This document shows positions 48,777-62,759 of a stretch of 64,000 nt of DNA, one piece after another. The DNA comes from Podarcis erhardii (Eukaryota). The translations under genes and the position numbers were made by a program. Under the pieces are notes generated by a model that was not told where the DNA came from, did not search any database, and worked only from the letters and a program-made list of their open reading frames with translations. Position 1 is the stretch's first letter, and every line of letters starts with the position of its first letter. The DNA is taken from NCBI GenBank assembly GCA_964252035.1, contig OZ176206.1; one strand, 5' to 3'.

Positions 48777-51700
48777 CATGATGGGATATCACAGGAAGTA
48801 AGAGCTTTGCCCTGCCCTAGTTAGCACTTCATGGCCATCCCTGGCAAGAGGTGCGACATTGCAAACCACAAGTTCTGACACATCAAAGAAAACTAACACA
48901 TATTGCAAAATGCAACAAATGGAACATATGCTAAGGTGGTTTTGTATTTGTAACCATATTTTGGGGTATCAGTGTCTGCCCTTAAGATCAATAGGCCTCT
49001 TTACCAATCACTTGAGTTTCTTTTTCTTTCTAAAATTTCTGTCTGCTTCTTTGCTTTACCAAGAGATGTTTGGGGATGGGGGCTTTGCTAAAATTCAAGG
49101 GTAGCAACAGATGCTGGGCCTGTCTGTTTTGTTTAGGGTTGCAAGTAACGCTACTCAAGTTAGCTGATCAGTGCTACCAGACGGTATGTGAAAACAAGGG
49201 GTCCCCAGTTGAATATTTTTTGGGTGTGTGTGGAGGTTTGCAACCTGTGGCACTCAAGTGAAAGTACAGTAGTAATAGAGAGAGCAAATGGATGGTTTGA
49301 ATGTTCTTTACAGGACAGAATTCTCTCACAAGAATACACTTCAAGTATAGGGAATGGCACAAAATTTACATGCACACACCGTGGTGTGACTGCAAGAGAT
49401 GCATTGAATGATGCATTATTAACCTATGGAACTCACTGCCTCAAGATGCTGCAGTTGACACTAGGTTGAAAACCTTTAAAAAGATATTGACAAATGAATG
49501 GAGCAGGAGACGTCAATTGACAGCTATTGCTCACATTAGTGAAATAATATATGTGTACACAAAGGCTCACACATGGGGTTTGCAGTAGTCTTCGGGGGTT
49601 TTTCCAATTAAAAATATATATGTTAGGGGAGTGGCAACTGTCTTGTCACATCACATATTTCACTGGAATTTGTTGCTACGAGAGTAGTGATAGCCTCCAA
49701 CTTGGATGAGGATTAGATAACTTCATGGAGGACAAAGCTCTCAGGGCTACTAGCCACAATGGCTATGTTGCCTCTAGTACTAGAGATGGCATATTGCTGG
49801 GGAAGAAGGGTGGAAGGTCACAGGACTGATTACAGCATAAAAATACTAAATTGAAAAACTAAATACTTAACATAACAATAAATAATAATAAGCAAAAAAA
49901 CCAATAACTCCACCTCCTACAAACACGTTTAAAAGGCCATAGATTGTTTAATCAGCCAATGGCCTGGTTATAGAGAAAGGTTTTTGCCTGGCATCTAAAG
50001 ATATGTAATGAAGGCACCAGGTGAGCACTCCACAAGTGGGGAGCCACCACAGAAAAGGCCCATTCCTGTGGTGCCGCTCTCTGGACCTTTCAAGGAGGAG
50101 GCACACTGAGAAGGGCCTCAGGTGATGATCTCAGGGTCTGGGTTGGTTCATACGGGGGGGGGGGGGAGGTAGTCCTTGAGGTTTTGTGGTCCTGAGCCGC
50201 TCAAGGCCTTATAAGTCAAAACCAGTACAGTACATTGAATTGGGGGGCCCTCCAGAAGTTGCCGGTCTCCAACTCCCATCAGCCCCAGCCAGCATGGCCA
50301 GTGGTTAGGGAAGATGGGAGTTGTAGTCCAACAACATCTGGAGTTCAGCAGTTTCCTCACCCCTGGTTTAAATATGCTGAGTGGCAAGTAATCAGTGTTA
50401 AGTGATCTGGAGTCTGTACCCATAAGATGTGTCTGGCTGCATACGCGTGTGTGTGTGTGTGTGTGTGTGTGTTTAAGAATACAATCTCCTGTTTGCAAAT
50501 GGGGAATGCAACAGCCCCTTACAGAGAAGCATTTGCTTCTGCTGTGTGGAGTAGCATGAAGGAAGCATGTGAATAAAACAAGAACAACAAAACAAAACAA
50601 AAAACACCCATCACCATGCAGCAAAAATGTTGTAATTTGCTTTCAAGAGCCGAAACTATGTTGACTGAGAGTGATGGTGGGTGGGGAAAGGGGAATACCT
50701 CCATGACATCAGCTGGCACCTGGGCACCAACAATGCCTTTTAATGGGGTCTGAGTCACTGCTGGTGTCACCTTGAAAGAAGAATCAGGGATGGCAGGGAT
50801 GGTTATTTAAATGGTGCAACAAGACTGTTGGTTTTAGCCAGGGGGAATGCTATGTGGGGCCCTAATCAGGGAGCAAAAATGACTTAGGATTGTTTCTAAA
50901 GCTATGCCTTTACTCAGAGTAGTTCTGCTGAAATTAGTGAATATGACTAAGGCTGTGAACACGTTGGGTAGAACCGCGATACTTTCGAAGCACACCCATT
51001 TCAAGTACAGGACTGTCGCCCCTCAAACCCTGATAACTTTAATTTCCTCCTAACAGAACTACAATTCCCCACATCCATAACAAACTACAGTTCCCAGGAT
51101 TCCTTTGAGAAAACTATGTGCATTCACCTTTTTGGTGGCTAACACCATATGTACACTACTTCCCAAATCAGTGGTAGCAGCACACTGGAAGTAATTGGAG
51201 TGTGGAGGTCAATTAATTTCAATGGGTCTGCTCTGTGTAAGACATGGTTGGATACAACCTTTAGGGCTGCACTGATTTGCTTGTTGGTGTAGTGTGTGGG
51301 AGAGAAATCACTTTTACTGATTTAGCTATCGTAGGTAACTTTTACGAACCAGTGCTGTTGTGCTCAGATCCTGCTTTTGGACTTCCCATAGGCATCTGGT
51401 TGGCCTCTGTGAGAACAGGATGCTGGACTAGATAGGGCTCTGGCCTGATGCAGCAGATTCTTCTTATTTGTTTTTGGGTATCCATGTGTGGGTGTGGGTG
51501 ATTGCACCCTGCAGCAATAGTTGCAACAGTGGCCTTGAGAAAGAGATTCTGAGGCAGAACATGGGGCCTGTTTCAATCCCCATCATCTCCAGGTAAGGCT
51601 GGGGGGGGGGTGTCTGAAAACCCTGGAGAGCTGCTGCCACTTAGTGTAGATGATATTGAGCTTCCATACTACTTACGTTAAAGTTGCATCATATTCAAAC

Positions 51701-52070
51701 TCATGTGTTCTGAGAGAGCGTGCATGCCTCATCTTTCTTTTAGAGAACTGTGAAGATGAAAAAGGATTACCTTAACACACTCCTTGGGAAGGACAGAATC
51801 CTTTGACCATCCATGATGAGGAATGAGACCGAACGAAGCATTCCTTTGTGGAAGGACAAATGAAACAAAGTCCCCCCCCCCCCCCGCCAAAAAAAACCCA
51901 AGGAGAAATTCACTAAGCCTAAATGTTATTGATGGCCAGCTGTTCATTAGGTCCGGACACTTAAAAGCCTTGTGATAAAAGTTGCTAATTCCACCCTGAT
52001 GCGTTGCTGATTTGATTTGTTTGCTTGCTTTGATCTCGCCTGACTCTTTTTTTTTTAAATTGCTTTTCAG

Positions 52071-52170
52071 ACAAGAGAGCAAAAAAAAGCTAGCCAGCCT
52101 TTTTGGTTTTGAACCAGGACAAGAGAGGGATGTTACTTCAGACAAGATACTCCAATATATTCCTGGCCAG
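52071..52170 (+). CDS. PLEKHN1: PLEKHN1 coding exon 2 (100 bp): QESKKKLASLFGFEPGQERDVTSDKILQYIPGQ
   Basis: tgcttttcag|A ... GGCCAG|gtaagt. Phase 2 matches exon 1. The end KILQYIPGQ resembles human KLFHYIPGT, and 100 bp is the recalled human exon size. Confidence 0.88.
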
Positions 52171-54131
52171 GTAAGTGCTCTGAGATCTATAGTGATCTTA
52201 ATTTGAATAATGGTGGTGGCATTTCTGCTATCCAATGTTTTGTGTATCTTCAGGCCCTCTTTTAATCTTGGACATCCTGAGGTGAGATAAGTGACTATTG
52301 TATTCCGTTTACAGATGAGAAACCGAGGTTGTGATAGGGCCTTGAGCAAGGCCACTCACTGAGTTTGTGGCTGAGGAGATGCAATTTGTAAGCACAAATC
52401 CTCAACCCGCAAATAAAATTGCTTCTGCACGCTGTAACGCAGTCTGGTTTAAACTAGTTAAGCCAGCCTGGTTTAAACAGATTTTCATGCTGTGCCCCAA
52501 TGAGTTTTTGGAAATGGAAGAAATGGCATGCCTGTTTTAAGGATAGTTAACAGCCTTGTCAAACTACAGTTCCCAGAGGTCTTAAGGAGGAAAGCTACAG
52601 CTGACTTTTAGGACATCTAAAAACACCATCATCATCATTACCATACTTTTATTTTAATTATCAGGGTTCTTCTTCTACGGATGACAGTCTTTAGAATTGT
52701 TTCACTGTGAAAGTTGCAGCATGATTGCTGGCCAGCCAGTGGGCTTGCTATTGTCATCATGACGCACAAGAGCTTTTAATTACCCATGATTAAAAATTAA
52801 AACAAATTAGCCAGCCCACAGTCAATATTTCCCTGCCCTGAGCCTTTTTAAACAAGAATTCAGAATGGGGATCAGGGCTGTATATATACCTTAACACATT
52901 TAAAGCAAACTCCCCCTCACCCAGACAAAAGAATCATGGGAACCATAGTTTACCTTCACAAAGTTACAATTCCCAGCACCTTTAACAAACTGCAGTTCCT
53001 AGTATTTGAGGGTGTGCTTTAAATGTGTAAAGGTGTGTGTGCAGCCCAGATCCCTTCTCCATTGAGGAATGTTTGCTTGTTCTCATGCTGTATTTCCCTG
53101 GGCGGAGATGGTGACAGAGCCCTGTCACCAACCTGTATATCTGGAGTTATGACTACAAAAAGGTGGGGAGGAAGGGATTGTGCTGCTCTCCCTGTTCTTT
53201 TGAGAAAGCAGGAAGCTAGTTGATGGATTAGGCTGATTCATCCTTCCCAGGGTGCAAAAGCTGGTAATTCTGTAACGCACACAGATGGTTCCACATGAGA
53301 CGTACCTAGGGTCCCTTGTGCCCTTGGCTAAGGAGCTTTATCAGTGGCAGTGCCGCACCCCCACCCCCCAAAGAAATCACTTTACTGCAATGGCCAAGAA
53401 GCCAAGGCAGGGTCAGATAGGGCTTCTGGAAATGTTGGATCAAACCCACAAGTAGATTTTACTGCCACCTTTTCCCTCACCCTCGGATTTGTGCTGGGAG
53501 CAGTTTTGTTTGTCCTCCCTTAATGTTCTCTTTCCACCTTGACTGTAAACGCTGCACTTGCAAAAATATTACCAATGTCTGTTTTGTTAGGGGAAACATT
53601 GAGCTAGGCCTTGTGGGAGGCACACAAGAGACAACCACTCCATGCAGTTAGAGCATATTCAAAGTACATGGCTTCGTCCCCACAGAATCATGGGTGATGT
53701 ATTTTATTAAGGGTGCTGTGAGACACGAACTTCGGTTCCCAGCATTCTTTGGGGGAAATCATGCACTTGAAACATGCAACGTGGATGTTAATCTACTAGG
53801 TGAACTACTTTTCGTACAAGCACAAGGCAGATGTGTCCAGCCTCCTCTCCTGCCCCACTGAAGTGCTTTTTTCTGTGACACAGTGACACTGCCATCACAA
53901 TGAAGTAGCCTTTTGCCTGAAGTCTTTAATTTCCATGTTTTGTAGGCCATAGTCAACGTCTTCAAAGGGGTGAGACCCACCCCAAGCTAAGAGATGGCTT
54001 GAGCTGAAAGCCCCATCAATTTGCTGTGTGGGGATACGCTTACATGTTTGGAAAGGAGTAGCATTTATATGCAATAATTAGCATCTATAGTGCTTTAGAG
54101 AGAGTTTAAAGAGCTTTACATACTCTAGATT

Positions 54132-54357
54132 AAACAAAACAAATTCCTTCCAGTAGCACCTTAAAGACCAACTAAGTCAGTTCTTGGTATGAGCTTTCGT
54201 GTGCATGCACACTTCTTCAGATACGGGTATCTGAAGAAGTGTGCATGCACACGAAAGCTCATCCCAAGAACTGACTTAGTTGGTCTTTAAGGTGCTACTG
54301 GAAGGAATTTGTTTTGTTTTGACTATGGCAGACCAACACGGCTACCTATCTGTAACT
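54132..54357. mobile_element. Penelope-like element remnant with an inverted terminal segment
   Basis: 93-bp arms at 54132-54224 and 54227-54319 (92/93 complementary); Penelope-type end ggcagaccaacacggctacctatctgtaact; 12-bp TSD atactctagatt at 54120-54131 and 54358-54369. Confidence 0.85.
54227..54265 (+). ncRNA. Minimal type-I hammerhead ribozyme motif (Penelope-associated); mirror copy on minus strand at 54186-54224
   Basis: gtat-CTGAAGA-a-GTGTGC(at)GCACAC-GAAA-GCTC-at: core boxes CUGANGA and GAAA, 6-bp stem II, palindromic AGCU stem III, predicted NUH site after C54260. Activity untested. Confidence 0.7.
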
Positions 54358-55827
54358 ATACTCTAGATTGCTCAGGAATTCCACAACAACATTCTAAATG
54401 AGGTGCCTGTACTCTGCCTATAATGCAAATGGAAGTGGGGCTTGAGGTGGACATTTATTTATTGCATTTATATCCCATCTTTCCTCCAAGGAGCTCAAGG
54501 TGGTATAGATGGTTCTGCCTCTCTTTCATTTTATCCTCACAGTGACTCTGTGAGGTAAGTTAGGCTGAGAAATAACTACAGACCCAGGGAGTTTCATGAC
54601 TGAGTAGGGATTTGAACTGTGGTCTCCCAGCTCCTGATCGAACACTCCCAACTACTGTACCACGCTGGCTCTCAAAGCGAGTGAGAGACCCTGTTGGCAT
54701 ATTACACCCATATTCCAAGATCTCCACTGGTTGCCAATTTGTTACCGGGCCAAATTCAAGGTGCTGCTCTTGAAATATTTATGGTTTATTTATTTATTTA
54801 TTAAATTTGTACGCTGCCTTTCATCCATAGATCTCTGAGTGGTTTGTGACATTAAAAATACAAGATGAAAGCACAAAATACATAATAAAAAGGGGGGGGA
54901 GAGAGGAAAACCCACAAGTCAATAACCCACCTCCCCTCAACACTTGTTTTACTTGAAGGCTTGCCTTATTCCATGGGTGCCTGCTTGCACAGCCACAAAT
55001 GCTGTATAATGTTACAGGGTATATAACATCATATAGCATGGGGAAGGGGCACCTAGTCTTTGGTGCTCCTTGCCCATTAACATACCATACTGTGTTTGAC
55101 ACCTGCTAAAAACGTTTAGGCAAACCTGCCCAGATATGTACATTTGCTGTTTTGAAATTGGTTGGCTTTATTTATATTTTGACCATGTTAATATGTCTAC
55201 TTGTTTTGACATTTTGATTTTATCTATATTTTCTTATGGATATTTTATATTATTTTATGCAAACTGCTTAGAGGGTTTATTATTATTATTAAGCAATATA
55301 TACATCTTATTAAATAAAAATATGTGTGAATTGAATAGGTAGACTCGTATCTCCTCTCCTCCACATGCAGCTGCTGAGTGACCTTGGGCTAGTCATACCT
55401 CTCTGAAGTCTCTCAGCCCCACTCACCTCACAGAGGGGAGGAGGGGAAAAGAGAATGTTAGCCGCTTTGAGACTCCTTCCAGTAGTGATAAAGCGGGATA
55501 TCAAATCCAAACTCTTCTAGGAACTTCGGTCTTTTAAATACTTTTATGAGATCATTAAGGATTCTGCCTTGCATCCTTTAACCTTAATCTGTGGAGTGTT
55601 GTGGCTGGTTGTTGTAGGCCACTTACATGCGCACACATGCACGCATAAACACACATGTGCACACCGTTAAGAACACAAGACACTCCTGGATTATGCCAAT
55701 GGCCCATCTAGTCCAGCATCCTATTCTCACGGTGGCCAGCCAGGTGCCTATAACCCAGAGTACGGTGGTAATTTATTTTGAATAACTTACATGGAGTACC
55801 ATGATGGGTCAAATGGTGTGTTTACAT

Positions 55828-55963
55828 CAGGCATAGGCAAACTCGGTCCTCCCGATGTTTTTGGCCTACAACTCTCATGATCCCTAGCTAACAGGACCAG
55901 TGGTCAGGGATGATGGGAGTTGTAGTCCCAAAACATCTGGAGAGCCGAGTTTGCCTATGCCTG
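55828..55963. mobile_element. hAT-type palindromic MITE (136 bp)
   Basis: TIRs CAGGCATAGGCAAACTCGG/CCGAGTTTGCCTATGCCTG; perfect 8-bp TSD gtttacat. Confidence 0.93.
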
Positions 55964-58789
55964 GTTTACATTGCCTATAGCTGCAATCTTCTGTGCATTT
56001 ACCCTGTAAAGGCTCATTCAGGCATCCTTTTTATTCTGTGTTTATGATGATTTGTGCTCACGAGGCTATTGGGGCAGTCCTACACTATCCCACATTAAAT
56101 ACTGCTTCTGTCTGCAAAAGGTTTGGGGGCAGGAATAGTGCTTCATTTCTACTTGTGTAACTTTCTGCTGAAATCCTGTAACTTTTAACTCCACAAATGT
56201 TCTGTATGAGTTTTCATCACACTTCTGTTGCCCTATAGCCCCTCTAGACAGCAATAATGTTGTAGTGTTGCAGAACAACTGATAAATTGGGATAAATACA
56301 CCACTGACACATTGCTGATACAATTGTGCTGTAATGGAGGAGTTAATGTTGGTGGTCATGTCAACTCTCTCATGCCACACATTAGCTACAGCAGTTGTAG
56401 TAAACCTGCAACTCCACCAGTAACAAACAATTGCGTATATGAGGGTTATATATACTATCAGTGAGATTGTGAAAGGATGACAGGGTTCTTAATACCAGGT
56501 GATATTGTGTGTGCCTGAGGCAGAGAAAAGATAGAGTGAATTACCTTTGGCAAAGGCGGAAATTCGGGCCCATAGCAGTTGGGGACCTTGACCGATGTCA
56601 ACCACTTCCTGTCTTGCTACATTTCCCAAGCACAGTGGCGCATGCCCTGGGGCAAAAACAACATTGACTCTGTGAGGAAGGAAGAGAAGTTTAGATAACA
56701 AATATTATCTCCACCACACTTTTTTTTAAATATGTCTTCAAGGAGACGCTTAATTCAGAGCCCCCACCCCCAACCCTTGTGACGCAATAGGCTGTCCAAA
56801 GTTGACATGGTGGCCATCCGTGGTGATTAAAGTATAAGTCATTGGATTCTCCGTTCTAGCTAAGGTCTGAGGGAGTTTAATTTTTAACTAGCCTCACCTA
56901 TAGCTAAGGCGGAGCAAAGCGAGACATGTCGGTGCGTGTCTTGCTCAATCAACCCCCAGCTAGGAACTGGGCTTCAAAATCCTCTCTCTTTCTTGTGTGA
57001 GGTGCTGAGAGAAACCCAAAATGATCTAAACCTCCACTTGGAGCAGTGGGGGGGCATGAATGAGTGTCTGTGAGAAATACAAACAGCCCAGAGGGGTGGA
57101 AATACTGCTGAGTGATGATAAAGGGAGTGAAAAAACCCCAAACTCTGGTTTCTTCCTATTTAGGCCACCAGCCAAATGTCTTCTGCCTGAAGGCCCTTGA
57201 TGATATTCCATTAATATGTGTGTGTGTGTGTGTGTGTGTAGGAGGTTAGTGGTTTGTACATTTTTGGTACGGTGAGCAGGTTCTTCATTCATTGTAACCA
57301 ATGCTAGTCCTATTCAGAAGTGAAACCACTGAAATGAATTGCAATAGGTCTACTCTGAGTAGGACTTTAGGCCCCATCTGTGCCATACACATGTGCCCAT
57401 TCAACCACTTCAGTTGTCTATAGGTGCCACATACGGTAATACCCATTTTGCATTTGTAAGAACTTGATTGTTTAGTGCGGCAGCACATGGGCATAGCCGG
57501 GGAGGGGGGAGAGAGGAAGTTGCAGATCCCCCCAAATCAGTAAAAATCAATAAAAATACATCGCTAACTGATGCCCTCCCCCCAAAATCTTGGCTAAGCC
57601 CTACAATTTGGAACTCCCTGCTTATTGAGATCAAACGGGCGTCTCCACTGTACTCTTTTTGGCACCTGCTGCAAACATTCCTGTTTCGATGAGCCCGCCC
57701 AAATGCTTAGAAGGTTGAGGTAATTTTAATCTGTTTTAGCGCTTTTAAAAGTATGCCTGTTGCCCCCCCCATTGATTTTATCGTTTTATCGCTTCGAAAA
57801 CAGCTTTGAGGGTTTTTAATTTTTTTTATACTCAAGCGGTCCATACATGAAATAAATTTTAAAAAACAGATTTTAACTCCTCTTATACCGCTTTAAGTAA
57901 TTATGTCTTCCCCAAGAACGATAATGTGCTGATTTGTGAGGAGACCCCCTGTTTCCCTCACAGAGCTACAATTCCCAGAGGTCCATGGGAAGAGGGATCA
58001 ATTGTTAAGCCACTCTGGGAATTGTAGTTCTGTGAGGGTGATGGGGGGTTTCCTCACAACTCTCAGTGCCCTTAACAAAACACAGTTCCCAGGCTTCTTG
58101 GACGGAAGGGCAATGCCTGTTTAAAGAGTTGTGGGGCCTTAGTCGGGTACAACCTATTAGTAGATGAATTCTGGAAGATTCAGGACAGGCAAAAGAAAGT
58201 GCTTCTTCACACAGCATGTAGTTAAATTATGGAACTATATACACTGTGATACGGCAGGAGTGGCCAGTTTGTAACCCTCCAGATGGGCAGCATATAATAA
58301 TACTGTAATAAAAATTTTCCTGGAGTATGCCTTCCATCGTCGCTGACCATTGGCCCTGCTGGCTGAGGCTGATGGGAGTTTTGCAGCCCAACAACAACTG
58401 GAGGGCCACACAGGTTCCCCATCCCTGCCTTCACACATTAACGTTAAGAGCTTGAGGTTATTCATCTGTTTCCCACATACCTTTGGTATTGTCTTTCTTT
58501 ACCCCCTGCTTGGGTTATTCTGATAAGTGATGGAGCAGGAAATGACCTCAGATTTCCACTGATGGTGTTATGATTCACCAGTTAAGACACTATCTAGTGT
58601 GAAGGTGCCTCTCTCTGTCTGTGAATAATATATTGCTGCGATCAATTTGCATTAGGCAAATTGAGATAAATTATCTCAACTGATATTGGAATTCCCCCCT
58701 CTTTATTTACCCATTTGTGATGCAAACTGCTAAAAGTAGTGCTATTATGAGAAGATTTCCAGAGGGTTTCCTGCAATGAAAACAATCAA

Positions 58790-58945
58790 GAGAGTATTGT
58801 GGCACCTTTTAACAAAGGTATTGTGGCACCAGCTTTTGTGGTCTGAGCATCTGACAAAACTGTTTGAATGCACAAAAGTAGGTGTTTTAATATATTTATG
58901 AAGTCTCTTTAAGGTGCCATAAGACTCCTTGGTGTTTTTACTGAT
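58790..58945. mobile_element. Older, decayed Penelope inverted-repeat remnant
   Basis: gagtattgtggcacctt...aaggtgccataagactc form inverted ends, with a decayed core (ctgacaaaa...cacaaaagt). A single-arm remnant lies at about 47550-47610. Confidence 0.55.
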
Positions 58946-61900
58946 GTGAGGTTTCAGCTTGACTGGAATTTTGTGAGAATTCCAGAACCATTTTTTTATT
59001 TCATTTTTAAGAACACTTCACATCTCTCACTTTTGTATTTTTTGTATATATTGTAAGCTGCCTTGAGAACTTTCCAGTTGGTAAAGATACATAGGCAGCA
59101 TTTCAAGCACTTGACTTCCCCTAAAGAATCCTGGGAAATGTAGTTTGTTAAGGGTACTGGGAACAGTAGTTCTGGGCAGGGGGGTAAATTAGTTTCCAGT
59201 ATTTTCTGGGGGCGGGTGCCATGTGCTTTTAATGTATTGTGTGGGTCTGATCTGACCTGACGATGGGTCCATCTAACTCTGACTGGCAACAGTTGTCTGG
59301 GATGCTCGACTGGGTGCCTTCTCAGCCTTAGCTGGGTGCACTGGGGATTGAGCCTGAGACATCCAAATATTTTAAACAAATGTCATTTTTTATCTCGCCT
59401 AATAGTTAGTATATCTTGGACTGATTGTGAGGGGAGGGCCCTGCCGCTCTTGATTCTTGAGTATGTCAGTGATACTAAGCCACTTACTTGCCTATACTGT
59501 TCACAATTCTTTTTGCCTGTTGAATCATTGAAAAACAAAAGTGAGCCTTTCAGGGGATGAAGGATTTGTACTGTGAAACTAGACGCAGAAACGACGTGCA
59601 GAACCGGCTGACAAAGCAAAAGATATTTCTGGAATGAATCACAATTATTTCATCATCCCATGTGAACAAGATTGTATAGTATCTGTGCAATTTGCCCAGT
59701 GTAATTATTCTACACCTCAGGAGTTCTCGAACACAGAAGACATTAAAGGGCAAAGGCTGGCCCATTGCGGGAATAATTCCTACCACCCCTACATTTTCAA
59801 TGGCACACTATTCTTGCCATTGCCTGCTTAAATGTGGCAACGGAGCTTCTAGGATTCACCAATCCAGGAACTAAACTTTATAGACCCATTCGCACCAACC
59901 ATTCTTACTCGGATTTCTGCTATTCCAATTGAGACATAATCTGAAGCTGCAATCAGGTTTAGTGAGTTAGTAGGATGTTGCTGGTGGTTTGCGTAAAGTG
60001 AGTGAGTTCCTATTGGCTTGGAAAGCCTGGGAACGTGGGGGAAGATGAAAATCTGGGTTGCCACTTAATGCCCAGAAGGGCGTCTAATTAAATTTGGGTG
60101 TGTGGCTGATTGTAGTAACACACAAAATAAGTAGCATGCTGGGGTGTGTGGGAGCAGGTGGAAGGGGCCGTTTTAAAATATGAATCCAAGTTATTCTCTT
60201 GAAAGAGAGCTAGATGTTTTCTTACTTCTTTTGCCAGCACTGAATATGGTGCCTTCAGCAAAGTGCTGCCCTGCAGATGTTTTGGACTCCAAAGCATCTA
60301 TACTGCGATATGTCAGTTTATAATCCTATATACCCACTTAAGTGCCAGAAAGCCCCATTGAACTCAATTGGATTTTCTTTTGAGTAGATTTGCATAGGAT
60401 TATGTGTGATTAATTATAAAAAGGATTCACCAACAGAGGAGGTTACTTGCTGTGTCTCTGTGTGATTTACTGCAGTGGCCTTTTCTCCTCCTAATCAGCC
60501 TTCACTGCGGATATGTGATAACTGCTCTGTTTTGGGTGTGATTGTGGTCATTTAGTCACTCCTGACACAGCAGAATTGTTTGCCTTCAGAGGAGATCCTG
60601 CCAGAACCATACAGAAGCCCAGTCGTTCATACTGTTACACAAATCTTTTCAGGTATACGAGTGGAGACATGTGCCTCCACATATAACCGAGAATTGTGAA
60701 TTTAATGAAGAAACACTGCGGTATACTTTTGTGGCCACATGTATCTGAACCTCAGAGTATACATGATGTTCTAATTATGGGTTCTGACCCTTTTGGACAG
60801 CTTTGTTCTTCTACAGCAGAGAAAGTGGAACACATCAGCCTGTGACTGTGCTAATGAAAGGTTACCCTTGATAATTAAGCACTGAGAAACTTTAGGTTAA
60901 ATGCTTCTGTCCGAGGCTTGCATGTGCAATAAATTCCATTCTTGGTCCTGCCTTTGCTCTTCCCTGATCTCTGGGCCCACCGAGAGCCTAAAATAAGATG
61001 GTTCTCAGTTGCTGTTGCTTTTGAAGTTACGTTTGTGCCTCCTCAGGCTACAGCTCTGATATGGTAGCAGGAACTTATGTGCACCCCAGCATTGTTTTGG
61101 CGTTTTTAAACAGGAAAAAGGTACAAATGGTATCACTTGGGAGAGTCCTGAAAATCACAGCTGTAGATCTGTAATCAGCCCTCCTACACATGACAAGTGA
61201 ACATCTGCAGCTTTGACACAGTGTGAAAAGCAGTAACTGATTTAACTCTAGAACTTAGCAGACATCCAATGAAGCCGAATGTTGAAAGTTTCAGGACAGG
61301 CAAAAGAAAGCACTTCTTTACGCAGTGTGTAGTTTAACTATGGAATTCACTGCCACAAGAATAGTGATGGACACCGATTTGGGTGGCTTTAAAAGAGGAT
61401 AATCTGTGCATGCACCATACATTTAAAGCATGCACACCCCTGTAAAGAATCTTTGGAACTGTAGTTTACCCCTCAAAAGCTAAAGTTCCCAGCACCCTTG
61501 ACAAACTATATTTCCTGGGATTATTTGAGTGTGGGGGGGGGAGTGCTTTAAATGTATGGCGTACATGCAGCCTTGGACAAATACACAGAGAACAAGGCTA
61601 TCTGTTGCCACTAGACACCATGGCTGTATTCTACCTCTGCTTTCAGAGGCAATATGCTAGGACTCACAGTATGCTAGGACTCGCAAGTGAAGAGTGCGTT
61701 GCTACACTCTGGTCTTGCATCTGATTGGCCTCATTGAGAACAGGTTGTGGGACTAGATGGGCCACTGGCCTGATTCAGCAGGCTGTTTCTTCAGGGCTCC
61801 TCTTATGTTCTTAATTTGGATAATCAGACGTACTAATTATATCCTTAAGGCTGGGGACAATGCAGCCCAGGACAATAGGATGCCAGTGGTGGTTGCGCAA

Positions 61901-62759
61901 GTGGTGCAGATTGCAGGGTGCTATGCCTCTGTTTCAGTGTTGAAGCATGGAAAATACTCGAATGAAAAGCACATCCTCGGTGACGAGGAGATGGACATTA
62001 CTATAACTGTTTATCTTTAGGATGAGTGCACTGTGTGTGTGGCAGGAGAGCTTTCAGAGTGTAAAGACCCCTGGGGGAGAGCGCAGCTCGTCTGTGCAGA
62101 GAGAGGGGAGCGCATTGCAGTCTCCTCTGTGGAATTTCAAGTCTGTGAGGGCTGAGCCCCTGAGAGGTCAATAGAGGGTGAGTTTCGCTCTCGCAGTGCA
62201 GAGCAGGATGGAATGTTGGAAGCTACATCAGATGTCCACCTTCTTCTCCCTCAGGTGTTTAACCTCTGTCTCAGCTGTACCGCTTCAGGATGCTAGTGGG
62301 GGATTTCCTTCACAATAATAATTTCCCTGCACATAGAAAATGAGTCCTTGAAAGAAGGGTCCCAATGCAAGATTTTCTCTGACATTCCAGGCTTTGCTGA
62401 ACTTTTCTGTATTGAACAGTGTCCAGTCATGGGAAGCCTGACCTCCAGTCTGTAACCTCAGTAAGAATTAGGCCACTCATCTAGATAAAGGATGGAGAAC
62501 CTCATTCCCAGAGTTCAAATGTAGCCTTCCTACCTTCTCTGTCCGTCCCTTGGAACTTTACCCAGGCTCTCCTTGGGTTGCATCCCTCACTGGCCTTGCT
62601 TTGCACTCTCCCTGAGTGTTTTTGCCTGGCTGCAATGCACCCTGGAACTCTGATCATGCATCTTATGTGCCTGGACGGAGGATAGAGAGGGTTGTGTGAG
62701 TGTGCATGGAAACTGCACAAAGGTTGGAAACTCAAGGCAGTAGAAATATAAGATGATTG

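Noticed and set aside
51729-52355. 208-aa minus-strand ORF, the longest in the track
   Set aside because: It is antisense to PLEKHN1 exon 2 and runs through homopolymer tracts and a SINE remnant, with no coding signature.
375-55963. Recurrent ~136-bp palindromes as possible miRNA hairpins or a CRISPR-like array
   Set aside because: They are dispersed copies with 8-bp TSDs, i.e. hAT MITEs. There is no repeat-spacer organisation, and the sequence is eukaryotic.
8630-59370. Many tRNA-like segments (gctcagtggtagagc...ttgcatgcagaagg...ttcaatcc)
   Set aside because: They are degenerate SINE heads fused to CR1-like tails and lack intact acceptor stems, so they are not tRNA genes.
60590-60655. ag...gt-bounded 62-bp segment as PLEKHN1 exon 3
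   Set aside because: No frame resembles the PH-domain region expected next, and the donor is weak.
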